DNA of 64,000 nucleotides from Euryarchaeota archaeon UBA88 (GTDB taxonomy: Archaea > Thermoplasmatota > Poseidoniia > Poseidoniales > Poseidoniaceae). How positions within the stretch are numbered: the first letter of the stretch is position 1; every line of letters starts with the position of its first letter. Both the position numbers and the translations under genes were made by a program. The notes under the pieces were generated by a model. That model saw nothing but the letters and a program-made list of their open reading frames with translations. It did not search any database and had not been told where the DNA came from. Shown here piece by piece: positions 50,281 through 59,258 of this stretch. The stretch is from contig DAME01000025.1 in NCBI GenBank assembly GCA_002499545.1, positions 6,911 to 70,910 on the forward strand, in the 5' to 3' direction.

Positions 50281-51060
50281 GTGGATGAGGATGTCGGAGA
50301 CGAAGATTTCATCGAAGAGGATGAAATTATTCTCGATAATGCGGTTGAGTGTCCGGCATGCTTACAAGTGACTGGGCACCAAATTTTACGAGAAAAAGTG
50401 AAAGGCAAAGGTATTGACTATTTGGTGAAATGCGATGAATGTGGGAACGTTCAGACGGTTCACATCCGACCACCTCCCGTCATGAAAATTCCATTTGTCT
50501 TGACCGAAGGACCACATTCGTACATGGAGTCAATTGAAATTGACGCTGATGAGATGCTTGAATTGGAAGATGTGTTCCGTCATGATGAAAAATTGTGGAG
50601 CATTAACCAAATCGAAATGACCACGGGTAAAATGGCGAAGAGCGCAGAAGCTGGTTTAATCGCACGGGCTTCGGCACTTCGTGCAGACATGGTTCGAGTG
50701 AAAATCACGAAAACTCGCGGTGAAGATTCCACCTCTGATGTGTTAGTGGTTCCAGCGGAAACCAAGTACACAGCAGGGTTTCTTATGGATTTGGATAGTG
50801 AAACTTGGCGTATTCGTGCTATTCATACGGGAAATGTACGCACGCTGCGCGGGACAGTCGAAGCGCCAGAAATTAAGCGCATGTATCTCCATGAACCTCC
50901 TAATCCTGACTACTTTGAACCTCGAACACCACGTGAACGAAGACAAGCGTGGAAAGAAGGCAGACTCGGATACAACCCCGACCCAATTTTACCGAAAGAA
51001 ATCACAAAGAAAGGTGTTACGCCTACGAATAAGCGTAAGAAGAAGCGACCGAGAAACTGA
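50281..51060 (+). CDS. archaeal Zn-finger protein (HVO_0476-like)
   Basis: ECPAC...HQILR...VKCDECG.V; acidic N-terminus, basic C-terminus; start uncertain. Confidence 0.75.
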   Translation: MDEDVGDEDFIEEDEIILDNAVECPACLQVTGHQILREKVKGKGIDYLVKCDECGNVQTVHIRPPPVMKIPFVLTEGPHSYMESIEIDADEMLELEDVFRHDEKLWSINQIEMTTGKMAKSAEAGLIARASALRADMVRVKITKTRGEDSTSDVLVVPAETKYTAGFLMDLDSETWRIRAIHTGNVRTLRGTVEAPEIKRMYLHEPPNPDYFEPRTPRERRQAWKEGRLGYNPDPILPKEITKKGVTPTNKRKKKRPRN

Positions 51061-52038
51061 TCAGGGACGGTTTGTCCAAGGCATCAAGAAGGCTTTTGCA
51101 ACTTGAGTTCCAATAGTTGGATTTTCTTGGAGGCGTCGAATACTGTATTCATACCACTTCTCACCATACGGAATGTAAACTCGAGTTCTGTGGCCCTCTT
51201 TCGCTAGCTTTCTGCGCATTGGACCCCGAACACCGAGAAGCATTTGAAACTCATATCCGGGCCCCTTCGCATCTCTCTTCTCACCAGCATTACTGCGCGG
51301 GTCGGCTTTGTCAGGCCCCATCCCGCGCGCTGTAAGGGCTGATTTTGCATACTCGATCACAGGGATATCGTGACTTGCAATAGCGCAATATGCACCGGAT
51401 GCCAGCATTTGGTCAATGCATGCATTGGTAGAATCAACAATGTCTTGGTAGGCTGAAAATGAAATCTCTTCTGGTTCGAGGTAAATTCCCTTGCATATTC
51501 GATAATCTGCAGCAGGACCGAGACTTTGTTCAAGTTGCATGATGTCTTCGAGAGTACGGAACAGTCTACCTTGCAGTACGGTTCCCACATTGGTCAAACC
51601 CATGGCGTGGAGGTCAACTACTGCTTGAATGGTAGGGGTTGTCACTCGATGGTCTTCCATGTCGAGTCGAACAAACATGTCGTGCTCATTCGCCATTCGC
51701 ACCAAAGTTTCGATGTTCTCCATTCCCTTCTTTTCGTCGATCAGCAAACCAAAAGCGGTAGGTTTGATCGATAGGTTTGCGTCAAGACCGTTTTCGGTAA
51801 TCGCCGACAAGACAGCGACGTACTCGTCAAGAAAATACTGAGCTTCATCCAGCGTAGTTATTTCTTCTCCGAGTACATCGACAGTGAAGCAGGCACCCTC
51901 TTTGGAAAGTCGGTGCATGATTTTGACAGCATCCTGAATCGTACTACCTGCAACATAGCGCCTCGAGACCCAACCCACAAACCATCGAGGCATACGGATG
52001 GTCATGGCTACGATAGACTTCGAAAACCAGCTTACCAT
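51061..52038 (-). CDS. putB: monofunctional FAD proline dehydrogenase
   Basis: RYVAG, DVLGE, SIKPT, RLDMED, RICKGIY.E, IASHD, EFQML.G, YIPYG..WY.Y..RRL.E. Confidence 0.92.
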   Translation of the reverse strand: MVSWFSKSIVAMTIRMPRWFVGWVSRRYVAGSTIQDAVKIMHRLSKEGACFTVDVLGEEITTLDEAQYFLDEYVAVLSAITENGLDANLSIKPTAFGLLIDEKKGMENIETLVRMANEHDMFVRLDMEDHRVTTPTIQAVVDLHAMGLTNVGTVLQGRLFRTLEDIMQLEQSLGPAADYRICKGIYLEPEEISFSAYQDIVDSTNACIDQMLASGAYCAIASHDIPVIEYAKSALTARGMGPDKADPRSNAGEKRDAKGPGYEFQMLLGVRGPMRRKLAKEGHRTRVYIPYGEKWYEYSIRRLQENPTIGTQVAKAFLMPWTNRP

Positions 52039-52087
52039 AGAGGCACCGATTGCCTGCCACCGGTGGAGCCTCTTGAGGCTTGTCACT

Positions 52088-53068
52088 TCAAGGGCTGGCT
52101 TTGATTGATTCCAGTAACGCAATGATTGACTTCGAAGTGAGCAGCGGGGCGTTCAATGATGAAAGATGGTTTCGAATAGCCTGTCTCTGCCATCCTTTGA
52201 AGGCTTTTTTATCCATAGAAAAGACAATTTTACCTCCAGGATAGGCGGCTTTGGTCGAAGAAAAAGCGGCATTAATCGATTGTTTCCAATTACCACCAGG
52301 TTCTGAGTTTTCTTCAACTGGTTGTTCAAACGGTAAGGCATATGTTGCTAACATGTGACCAATTCGCAATCCGTGGTGTACTCCCAAGAGGTTTGCACGT
52401 GGTGCATAATGGCCACCTCCCAATGTGATGAGAACTGGAGTTCCTGCGTCGCGGTGCTCGTCCCATGAACCAATACCTGACCCGCCATCCAAACCGATTC
52501 CACGATGAATAATATTCGCAAGCAATTTCGCAGCACCGAAATGACCCCAAGTGTCGGATGTTGAGCCAACTTCGATGAACAATGATGGAACGGTGACCCA
52601 AGGTCCATGGTGAGTGACTTCAAGAGAAATATCGAACGGTTCTCCCAAATCTGTGTCGCTATGAACTCGAATCAATTCTTGCCACCATGAAGCCAAACGA
52701 GGTGATGGTGGAGGTGCATCACCAGATTTCCCCCCATAGGGTGATGTCGATTCCCTGTCGAGATGGGGCACTCCAATTGGATGAAGCGTGAGAGAGGGGC
52801 GACCACTGACTGCTGAATGGCGTGATGGAAAGATGATTTCGCTCACCGATTCTCCGGTGGCCTTCTTCCAGCGTTGTGCAAGGAAATCCTGTGACAATAT
52901 ATTCCCAGGTAGAATCCACATACGTGCATCAAGGTTTGAAAAAGCAGGATACCCCTCAACCATACCTTGCGATGTCCATCCACCGATTTCTTGAAGCGCA
53001 TCGGCTTGGTTTGTCGATGCTATATCGCTTCCGTTTACAGCAATGAGTACCACAGTCTGCCCGACCAT
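52088..53068 (-). CDS. dtdA: D-aminoacyl-tRNA deacylase (DTD2 type)
   Basis: DIAS.N, FPSRH, LTLHP.G, EVTHHGP, FIEVGS...W, GGGHYAP. Confidence 0.92.
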   Translation of the reverse strand: MVGQTVVLIAVNGSDIASTNQADALQEIGGWTSQGMVEGYPAFSNLDARMWILPGNILSQDFLAQRWKKATGESVSEIIFPSRHSAVSGRPSLTLHPIGVPHLDRESTSPYGGKSGDAPPPSPRLASWWQELIRVHSDTDLGEPFDISLEVTHHGPWVTVPSLFIEVGSTSDTWGHFGAAKLLANIIHRGIGLDGGSGIGSWDEHRDAGTPVLITLGGGHYAPRANLLGVHHGLRIGHMLATYALPFEQPVEENSEPGGNWKQSINAAFSSTKAAYPGGKIVFSMDKKAFKGWQRQAIRNHLSSLNAPLLTSKSIIALLESIKASP

Positions 53069-53119
53069 GCTTCATTGAGAGGCGCTCAACTTTTGATACC
53101 TCCTCATGCAAGAATTGAC

Positions 53120-54073
53120 ATGCAACGGGCACGAGGAGTACGCATGACCGGAGAGGTGCCCGATGCGCTTTCATTCCACCCCTCGGTGATTCATCACTGG
53201 GATGGAGGATACATCGGTATTGGAATCGACGGTGAATTGGTGAAATTATCCTCCGATCTCGTCGTTGAAGGTCCCGTTGTAAAGCCATTTCCTACACCTA
53301 TACATTCCTCTACTGTTCTCGGTGAACAACTCATCTTAACCTGGGTTGACCATGAATTGTTGCTCGCACGAATGTCCTCGATTGATTTGAATTCAAAGTT
53401 GCAAAACGGACCTGACCGTGGAGAACTTCGAACTCGTCGAGAAGTGAATGTGGCACTGCATCCAGCAGGAACCGTGTGGTCGCATGTCTTGGACTCTGAG
53501 CCGTTGAGTTTGACGTCGAACAATGAATTCTTCACATTTGTACTGTGGAGAAAGGGAATCTATTGCATGGGGATGGATGCTGGCGAGCACTGGAGGAAAG
53601 AAGAACCAAATTGGCCAGAATTGGGACGGCTTCCATCTGCACAAACCGTTGTGGCTTCTGCCCTTCAAAATGATGAGTTGACGGTTTGGTCGCGTGGAGG
53701 TGGTTTTGCTTCGTACGATGTCAAGACCGGTGAACTGCGCTCCGCGGGTGTTATCGGGTTTCAAGGAATCTTGCAACAGGTTTACTGCACTGCAAAACAC
53801 CAGTTGTTGTGCTATGAAAGTGGAGATGTGCTCTGGGTAGAGGATGGAATTCATCGAGTCCAACAGCGATTCAAGGGCCCAGTTCAGCACGCTCTTTGGA
53901 ATGAGGGGAAGGATGGGTGGAATATCGCTGGATGGAGAGAAGAAGCCATGCTCACAAAAGATAATTGCCTCCAGCGAACATTGGATGAAATTCCTGTCCA
54001 AGTTCTCGAACACAAAGGAAAGCGGCTATTGGTCCTCAACAATGGTACTTTCATCGAATCAAATTTGTCATGA
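53120..54073 (+). CDS. hypothetical protein, possible beta-propeller
   Basis: Trp-rich short beta-strand repeats; divergent from dtdA; start uncertain. Confidence 0.65.
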   Translation: MQRARGVRMTGEVPDALSFHPSVIHHWDGGYIGIGIDGELVKLSSDLVVEGPVVKPFPTPIHSSTVLGEQLILTWVDHELLLARMSSIDLNSKLQNGPDRGELRTRREVNVALHPAGTVWSHVLDSEPLSLTSNNEFFTFVLWRKGIYCMGMDAGEHWRKEEPNWPELGRLPSAQTVVASALQNDELTVWSRGGGFASYDVKTGELRSAGVIGFQGILQQVYCTAKHQLLCYESGDVLWVEDGIHRVQQRFKGPVQHALWNEGKDGWNIAGWREEAMLTKDNCLQRTLDEIPVQVLEHKGKRLLVLNNGTFIESNLS

Positions 54074-54147
54074 AATGAATTCAACACAGATATTTAAAAA
54101 AGCAGCACAGGTGAAGAACTAAATGCTTCAAGTGATGAAATTTACTT

Positions 54148-57045
54148 ATGGAAATGAAGGTTGTGCTCTTGAGCGGTGTCCTCGCATTGTTGATGGTGAG
54201 CTCAGGATTTCTGATCATAGCCAATGAAACAGCAAGCGAAGACGATGGAGAAATCGTAGCTCAAGATGAAAACCAGAACGAACCAGTGAACAATGTACCT
54301 AGCCTCCTCATCGCTTCACAGTTCACCCACCAATGGGACGGAATGAATTCCACAATAAGTGGATTTGTTACCGATGAGCAGAGTAGTTCTTGCTACGTCA
54401 TCGTCATGCTTCTAGATTCAACAAGCCTCGCCCAGGTTGGCGAAACTTTCAATGTGACACCAGACCAAAGCGGTGCATGGTCCATGGCCACACCGTTCTC
54501 GAATCCAGGTACTTGGATTGTGCAAGCTCAAGCCTACGACCAAGAAGGCCAAAGCAGTGATTCTACGATGTCGCAGATAGCCATTGTTGCTCCAGATGAA
54601 AGCGATGTTCTGGTATCTTTTCTCTGGGCTCAACCATTAGAAAATTCCTCGATTGGAACGCTCCAAGGGCTGATGCTTCACATGTTCCCATCGACATGTT
54701 CCGTGGAATACCATCCGCTTGGTCAAAGTCCTGCCAGATTAATTGTCGGTGATACAAATCAAACCAGTGGCCAATTCACTCTACAGGTGAACACCAGTTA
54801 CCACAACACAGTTGGAGACCTCATAGCAGATTGCGGAATGTTTAGTTCCTCATCATCAAGCATACGATTGAACCTTCCCGTACCTCCAGAACCTGAAGGT
54901 GATGAAGACAGTGATGGCGTACTCGATGAATCAGACGAATGTGATAATACGCCACTGGGCGAACCAGTGTATGCGAGCGGCTGCTCAGACTCAGAAACAG
55001 ACACGGACATGGATGGTGTCATGAATGATAAAGACCAATGTCCCAACACGCCGACGTCACAAAGCGTGGATGCGAACGGTTGCGCAGACAGTCAGAAAGA
55101 TACCGACAATGACGGCATCAATAACGTTGCAGACATTTGTCCGAACACTCCCGCAGGGGAATCCGTTGATCTCACAGGATGTTCGGAATCGCAAAAAGAC
55201 GATGACGGTGATGGCGTCACAAATAACCTTGATGAATGCCCAAATACACCTGCCGGTGAGACAGTGAATGCTGTAGGATGTTCAACTGCAGCGCCAAGTC
55301 CAACACCGATGAAAATTCTCGCACTCCATGGTGGTGGAGATTCTGCCTCTGGTTTGGCTTCGCAACAAGGAATGCAAGATTTGATGGATGCACTGCCTGA
55401 ATTTGAGTTCGTTTTCGCCAGCACGCCCGAGAGTGGAAATGTATGGTACCAAGACCCCCCCGGTGGAAAAGGCGAACCAACCACTGACCCAGACTGGGCA
55501 GACCTCGCAATTGCGTATCTCGACCAAAAGGTGATCGATGATGGTCCATTTTATGGTCTGATTGGCTATTCACAAGGTTCTGCAATGATTCCAGTCTACC
55601 TCGCCAACACGGAAAACACGTTCAATAGAGTCATGCTGTACAATGGCTACTTACCAACAACGCATCATGGCCTGATGGACTCCATCGATGATGCCGCTCC
55701 TTTCTCGACGCCAGCTATGATCTTCTCCGGTGAAAACGATGGTGCTTTCAAAGACCTCGCCCCTGCCCTCGCCCAGAAGTTCACTGGTTCGCTCGACCTC
55801 CACAGTCAAACTGCAGGACATCACCTACCGTACGAAAATGACGAGCACTTTGACCAAATACTTACCTTCATTCAAGCGGGAATTGAAACCTACGACCCTG
55901 TCGATTCATGGTATTGCCAAGATGGAACAGGCCCATGGGTCCGTGATGACAATGGAGTCAATGACAACTACAATTCGAACACCAACGGGGTTAGCTCACC
56001 AAATGGTGGAGGGTCCGGACCATGGTTCAAATGCATAATCTCTGTGACCTCCACATCAACGAGTATGACCGCTACGGCCAATGGAATTCCAAACCACAAC
56101 TGGATTTCGGCATTCGGTCCCGGTGATGAACAATCTCACACGTGGCAAATTCCATTGAATCCTGTCAATGATACTACGGGTGGACACAACTCAGCGAATT
56201 GTCCAGCATCAAATGGACGCTGGGAATGCGCTGCTGACCGTGGCCAAATCGCAGTTGCGAGCAATGGTGTGCCGATTTTTGGTCCTGAAGAAGGGCCTGG
56301 TGGTGATGCTGTTGCCCTTGATTTCTTTTACTTTACAGAAGACCGACAACCGATTGATTTAGGCTACTGTGGCGCTCATGCCGGACCGACTGGAGTTCAC
56401 TACCACTGGGACGCAATGTGTCAATATTGGGTTCCTGAAAATGGACAGACAATGGTTGATTATGATTGGTCACTCATAGACTCAAATCAACACTCACCGA
56501 TCATTGGATGGTCCTTTGACGGATATCCAATTTATGGGATGTACACGTGGAATGAAAACGGTGTTGTCCAGGGAATGAAATCGTCGTATGAGATTGATAG
56601 AACCAGCGATGGAGGTGACCAGGGTTACAACGGCATTGATGATTGGACTTACGTTGATGGAATGGGAGACCTTGATGAATGCAATGGAAGGTTTGGAGCG
56701 ACACCCGAATACCCAGACGGAACGTATTACTATGTATCGACACCATTGAGTGGTTCAACCAAGACTGTCGTCGACACGAATGGAGATACGCAACCAATGA
56801 TTGGGTTCCCATACTTCCTTCTTTGCTACCACGGAATTGCAGACGACTCCAATGCTGGCGGGGGCCAGGGCGGCGGCGGTGGCGGCGGTGGATTTATCGC
56901 ACAAACAATCTATCAACACATGCCTGAAGTATTAGAGGATAATTCCGATGAGCGGTCTGTACTCGCACTACTATCGAACAGCACGTGGGTTTGGGTCATG
57001 ATGATTGGAACGCTGTACCTCTACAAGCGTACTGAAAAGCAATGA
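54148..57045 (+). CDS. secreted multidomain protein: Ig-like + TSP3 repeats + FSH1-like serine hydrolase + YHYH domain
   Basis: N-terminal hydrophobic signal; DxDxDG..DxCPNTP repeats; LALHGGG, GYSQG, GEND, GHH; NGIPNH, NGVPIF, HYH, GWSFDGYPIYG, DLDECNG, FPY; C-terminal TM. Confidence 0.85.
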   Translation: MEMKVVLLSGVLALLMVSSGFLIIANETASEDDGEIVAQDENQNEPVNNVPSLLIASQFTHQWDGMNSTISGFVTDEQSSSCYVIVMLLDSTSLAQVGETFNVTPDQSGAWSMATPFSNPGTWIVQAQAYDQEGQSSDSTMSQIAIVAPDESDVLVSFLWAQPLENSSIGTLQGLMLHMFPSTCSVEYHPLGQSPARLIVGDTNQTSGQFTLQVNTSYHNTVGDLIADCGMFSSSSSSIRLNLPVPPEPEGDEDSDGVLDESDECDNTPLGEPVYASGCSDSETDTDMDGVMNDKDQCPNTPTSQSVDANGCADSQKDTDNDGINNVADICPNTPAGESVDLTGCSESQKDDDGDGVTNNLDECPNTPAGETVNAVGCSTAAPSPTPMKILALHGGGDSASGLASQQGMQDLMDALPEFEFVFASTPESGNVWYQDPPGGKGEPTTDPDWADLAIAYLDQKVIDDGPFYGLIGYSQGSAMIPVYLANTENTFNRVMLYNGYLPTTHHGLMDSIDDAAPFSTPAMIFSGENDGAFKDLAPALAQKFTGSLDLHSQTAGHHLPYENDEHFDQILTFIQAGIETYDPVDSWYCQDGTGPWVRDDNGVNDNYNSNTNGVSSPNGGGSGPWFKCIISVTSTSTSMTATANGIPNHNWISAFGPGDEQSHTWQIPLNPVNDTTGGHNSANCPASNGRWECAADRGQIAVASNGVPIFGPEEGPGGDAVALDFFYFTEDRQPIDLGYCGAHAGPTGVHYHWDAMCQYWVPENGQTMVDYDWSLIDSNQHSPIIGWSFDGYPIYGMYTWNENGVVQGMKSSYEIDRTSDGGDQGYNGIDDWTYVDGMGDLDECNGRFGATPEYPDGTYYYVSTPLSGSTKTVVDTNGDTQPMIGFPYFLLCYHGIADDSNAGGGQGGGGGGGGFIAQTIYQHMPEVLEDNSDERSVLALLSNSTWVWVMMIGTLYLYKRTEKQ

Positions 57046-57054
57046 GGACTCGTT

Positions 57055-57696
57055 GTGTCAATTCGACTCGCACCGTTTGCTGTAGTAGTAATGCTCCTCG
57101 TAACAGGATGTGTCACGCCATCAGACCCTGACCTCTACCACGGTGTGGATATATTTCCTGCCAAAAAAACACTTCAATTCAACCTCATCGATGATACGAA
57201 TTCGGAGTTTAATTCCTCATCAATCGAAGGGAGTGTTTGGGTTGTAGGATTCGTATTCACCAATTGTCCCGACTTTTGTTCTACGGTGACAACGGAGATG
57301 AAGGAAATCCAGGATTCGCTCACTGATTGGGAACGCAGAAACACCAGTTTCATCTCTATCACGGTTGACCCTTGGCGGGACGGTCCAATGCTGCTCACGC
57401 AGTACAAAGAAATCATGAACGTGACGTGGCCACACTTAACCACCAATATCGATTCAGAGAACAACCTTTCACGAATCGAAGATGTTTGGACGAATTTTGA
57501 AATTGGCTTGGTTCTTACTGAATCACAAAACAGTACGAGCACATCCGGACGTGGGCATACAGTATACTACAGCATTGAACATACCAATGGTGTCGTACTG
57601 GTTGACGCAAATGGTTTCCAGCAGGTTCAGTGGACTGAAGATAACTGGAACACAACGCTCATTGTTGAAGACGTTCGGATGTTACTGAACGATTGA
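57055..57696 (+). CDS. SCO1/SenC family copper chaperone lipoprotein
   Basis: LVTGC lipobox, FTNCPDFC, ITVDP..D, conserved His in IEHT. Confidence 0.92.
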   Translation: MSIRLAPFAVVVMLLVTGCVTPSDPDLYHGVDIFPAKKTLQFNLIDDTNSEFNSSSIEGSVWVVGFVFTNCPDFCSTVTTEMKEIQDSLTDWERRNTSFISITVDPWRDGPMLLTQYKEIMNVTWPHLTTNIDSENNLSRIEDVWTNFEIGLVLTESQNSTSTSGRGHTVYYSIEHTNGVVLVDANGFQQVQWTEDNWNTTLIVEDVRMLLND

Positions 57697-57697
57697 A

Positions 57698-57871
57698 TCA
57701 TTCGATAGGAATTGTGTAGCCACAGCGACCACATGACTTGCGATCTGAGTGCATAGCAAGGAATACGCCTGGCCCACACGTTGGACAGAATTCGGCCTTT
57801 CGAACGAGTTTACCATCTTCATCAATGGAGTACTTCGACCACTTTGCACTAGCTTTAGGACCGTCGGACAT
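57698..57871 (-). CDS. rps27ae: 30S ribosomal protein S27ae (eS31); absent from ORF track
   Basis: Manual translation [57 protein letters not shown]. Confidence 0.95.
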   Translation of the reverse strand: MSDGPKASAKWSKYSIDEDGKLVRKAEFCPTCGPGVFLAMHSDRKSCGRCGYTIPIE

Positions 57872-58215
57872 CATTCGTCACCTCCATCGGTTGATTTTTC
57901 TCCGGCATCGGCAGGTTTCGCAGATGCTGAACGGAATGACTCGTGTCGCTTGTGAATGTATTCGGGCTCAACACGCATTGATTCTGCGTCACCATAGATC
58001 AGTGCCATACCGGTGGTCAATGGTTGACCGAATCGAGTGTTGCACTCTTTAACGACGATGAAATCCGGATTCGAACCAGGTTCCAAGGTTCGGACCAAGT
58101 CCATTACAGCCTTGCGAGAAGGTGTTGCTTGTCCCGAGTGCTGCCAACTGAAGTTAATTTCTACACGGTTGAGTAATTTGTTTTCTTTTCGTGATACGAT
58201 ATCCATACTGTTCAT
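57871..58215 (-). CDS. rps24e: 30S ribosomal protein S24e
   Basis: [18 protein letters not shown]...T.G.A.IY, EP.YI..R. Confidence 0.95.
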   Translation of the reverse strand: MNSMDIVSRKENKLLNRVEINFSWQHSGQATPSRKAVMDLVRTLEPGSNPDFIVVKECNTRFGQPLTTGMALIYGDAESMRVEPEYIHKRHESFRSASAKPADAGEKSTDGGDE

Positions 58216-58219
58216 CTCC

Positions 58220-58423
58220 TTATCGGTTACTGACTTTGAGGGCGTACTTGCCCGGTCGATCTATTTTCAATCGCTTTGCTATTTCAGAGCGATTTGGACT
58301 CATAATGATGACGTATCCTTGATGGTCGGTGGATACGTGAGCTGTTGGGCAACGGGAACACATGTCTACGCCGTCTTCGAGGACGAGGTGACAGTCGGAG
58401 CATGCAAAAGGAATCTTTACCAT
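58220..58423 (-). CDS. spt4: transcription elongation factor Spt4 (RpoE'')
   Basis: ACSDC...CSRC, G.VII..P..SEIAKRL....PGKYALKV. Confidence 0.95.
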   Translation of the reverse strand: MVKIPFACSDCHLVLEDGVDMCSRCPTAHVSTDHQGYVIIMSPNRSEIAKRLKIDRPGKYALKVSNR

Positions 58424-58433
58424 TCATACCACC

Positions 58434-58985
58434 TCACTCGTTGTCTTCTCCAAGCCAGTCATGGCAACCGAGACCCGGCTGCTTGCTGGTCAAACCAATT
58501 TTTGAGCGTCGGGGGTCTGAAGTATCAGGTGAAAGTGAAACAATTCGTGCACGCACTGAGTCTCCAACTCCTATGGAACGATTTGATTGTCGGCCTTGAA
58601 TAACTCCAGCACCGACATTTGCTTCAACCTGGTCTTCCATAATTTGAGACTTGTGAAGCAGGGCTTCCATTGGCCCGATTCGGACGAATGCTCCGAATTC
58701 ATTGACTTCGGAAACCGCACCTTCAACGACTTCGTAATCATCCATGCAGAATAAAACAGCGTCGAATCTGACACGCTGATAGATAGCACCATCACCGTGA
58801 ATAATTCGGCCTCGGCCAAGAGGTTCGTGGTTTGTCGTTACGAGAATGAAGCGATTATCATCGTCAAATCGGCCCTCAAAGGCAGTCATCGAGAGACGGT
58901 CGATGTGGTCGTTCAGCGATGCGCCTTTGCGCATGTACTCTGCTGGAATGCGAATCGTGTCTTCTTTTGTGACAATTTTGTACAT
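58434..58985 (-). CDS. rpoE1: RNA polymerase subunit Rpo7 (RpoE')
   Basis: IRIP, GRIIHGDG, EVVEG.V.....FGAFVRIGP..ALLH.SQI, VRARIV, KIGLT.KQPGLG; GAGGTGA SD. Confidence 0.96.
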   Translation of the reverse strand: MYKIVTKEDTIRIPAEYMRKGASLNDHIDRLSMTAFEGRFDDDNRFILVTTNHEPLGRGRIIHGDGAIYQRVRFDAVLFCMDDYEVVEGAVSEVNEFGAFVRIGPMEALLHKSQIMEDQVEANVGAGVIQGRQSNRSIGVGDSVRARIVSLSPDTSDPRRSKIGLTSKQPGLGCHDWLGEDNE

Positions 58986-59003
58986 TGTGTTCACCTCATG
59001 ACG

Positions 59004-59070
59004 TCTCAGAGGTGCAAAGAAGGGGAGTGGGAAACCCATTCCGTCCTTCACCGGCATGCGCCTCGGGAGA
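59004..59070 (-). promoter_or_regulatory. long interrupted hairpin in putative 5' leader of the rpoE' operon
   Basis: Nested complementary segments TCTC/GAGA, GAGG/CCTC, GCA/TGC, GAAGG/CCTTC and GGAGTGGG/CCCATTCC, just upstream of the SD. Confidence 0.6.
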
Positions 59071-59258
59071 GAAGTCGACCGTAGTCATTCTCGCCACCGA
59101 TGACCCCTATTTAATCCACTCGCATGAAAAAAGAGAACTGCGAAGACAAAATGATGGTGAATATCTTCGTTCGTAGTCCTACTTAGCGTGCATGAATCAT
59201 ACTTTTTTGAGCCATTACGCCATAAGCCATAACAACCCCCCGAGTACCCTTTACTGCA

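Noticed and set aside
49494-50408. Long head-to-head overlaps in the ORF track (49440-50408 vs 50065-51060; likewise pyrD/6239, MBL/NUDIX, dtdA/52967)
   Set aside because: Artefacts of longest-ORF start choice; downstream starts remove the overlaps
53393-54013. 206-aa antisense ORF and other >100-aa shadow ORFs
   Set aside because: Lie wholly opposite better-supported genes and have no recognisable motifs
56857-56892. GGC-rich microsatellite as a phase-variation tract
   Set aside because: Trinucleotide, interrupted and in frame; encodes a poly-Gly linker
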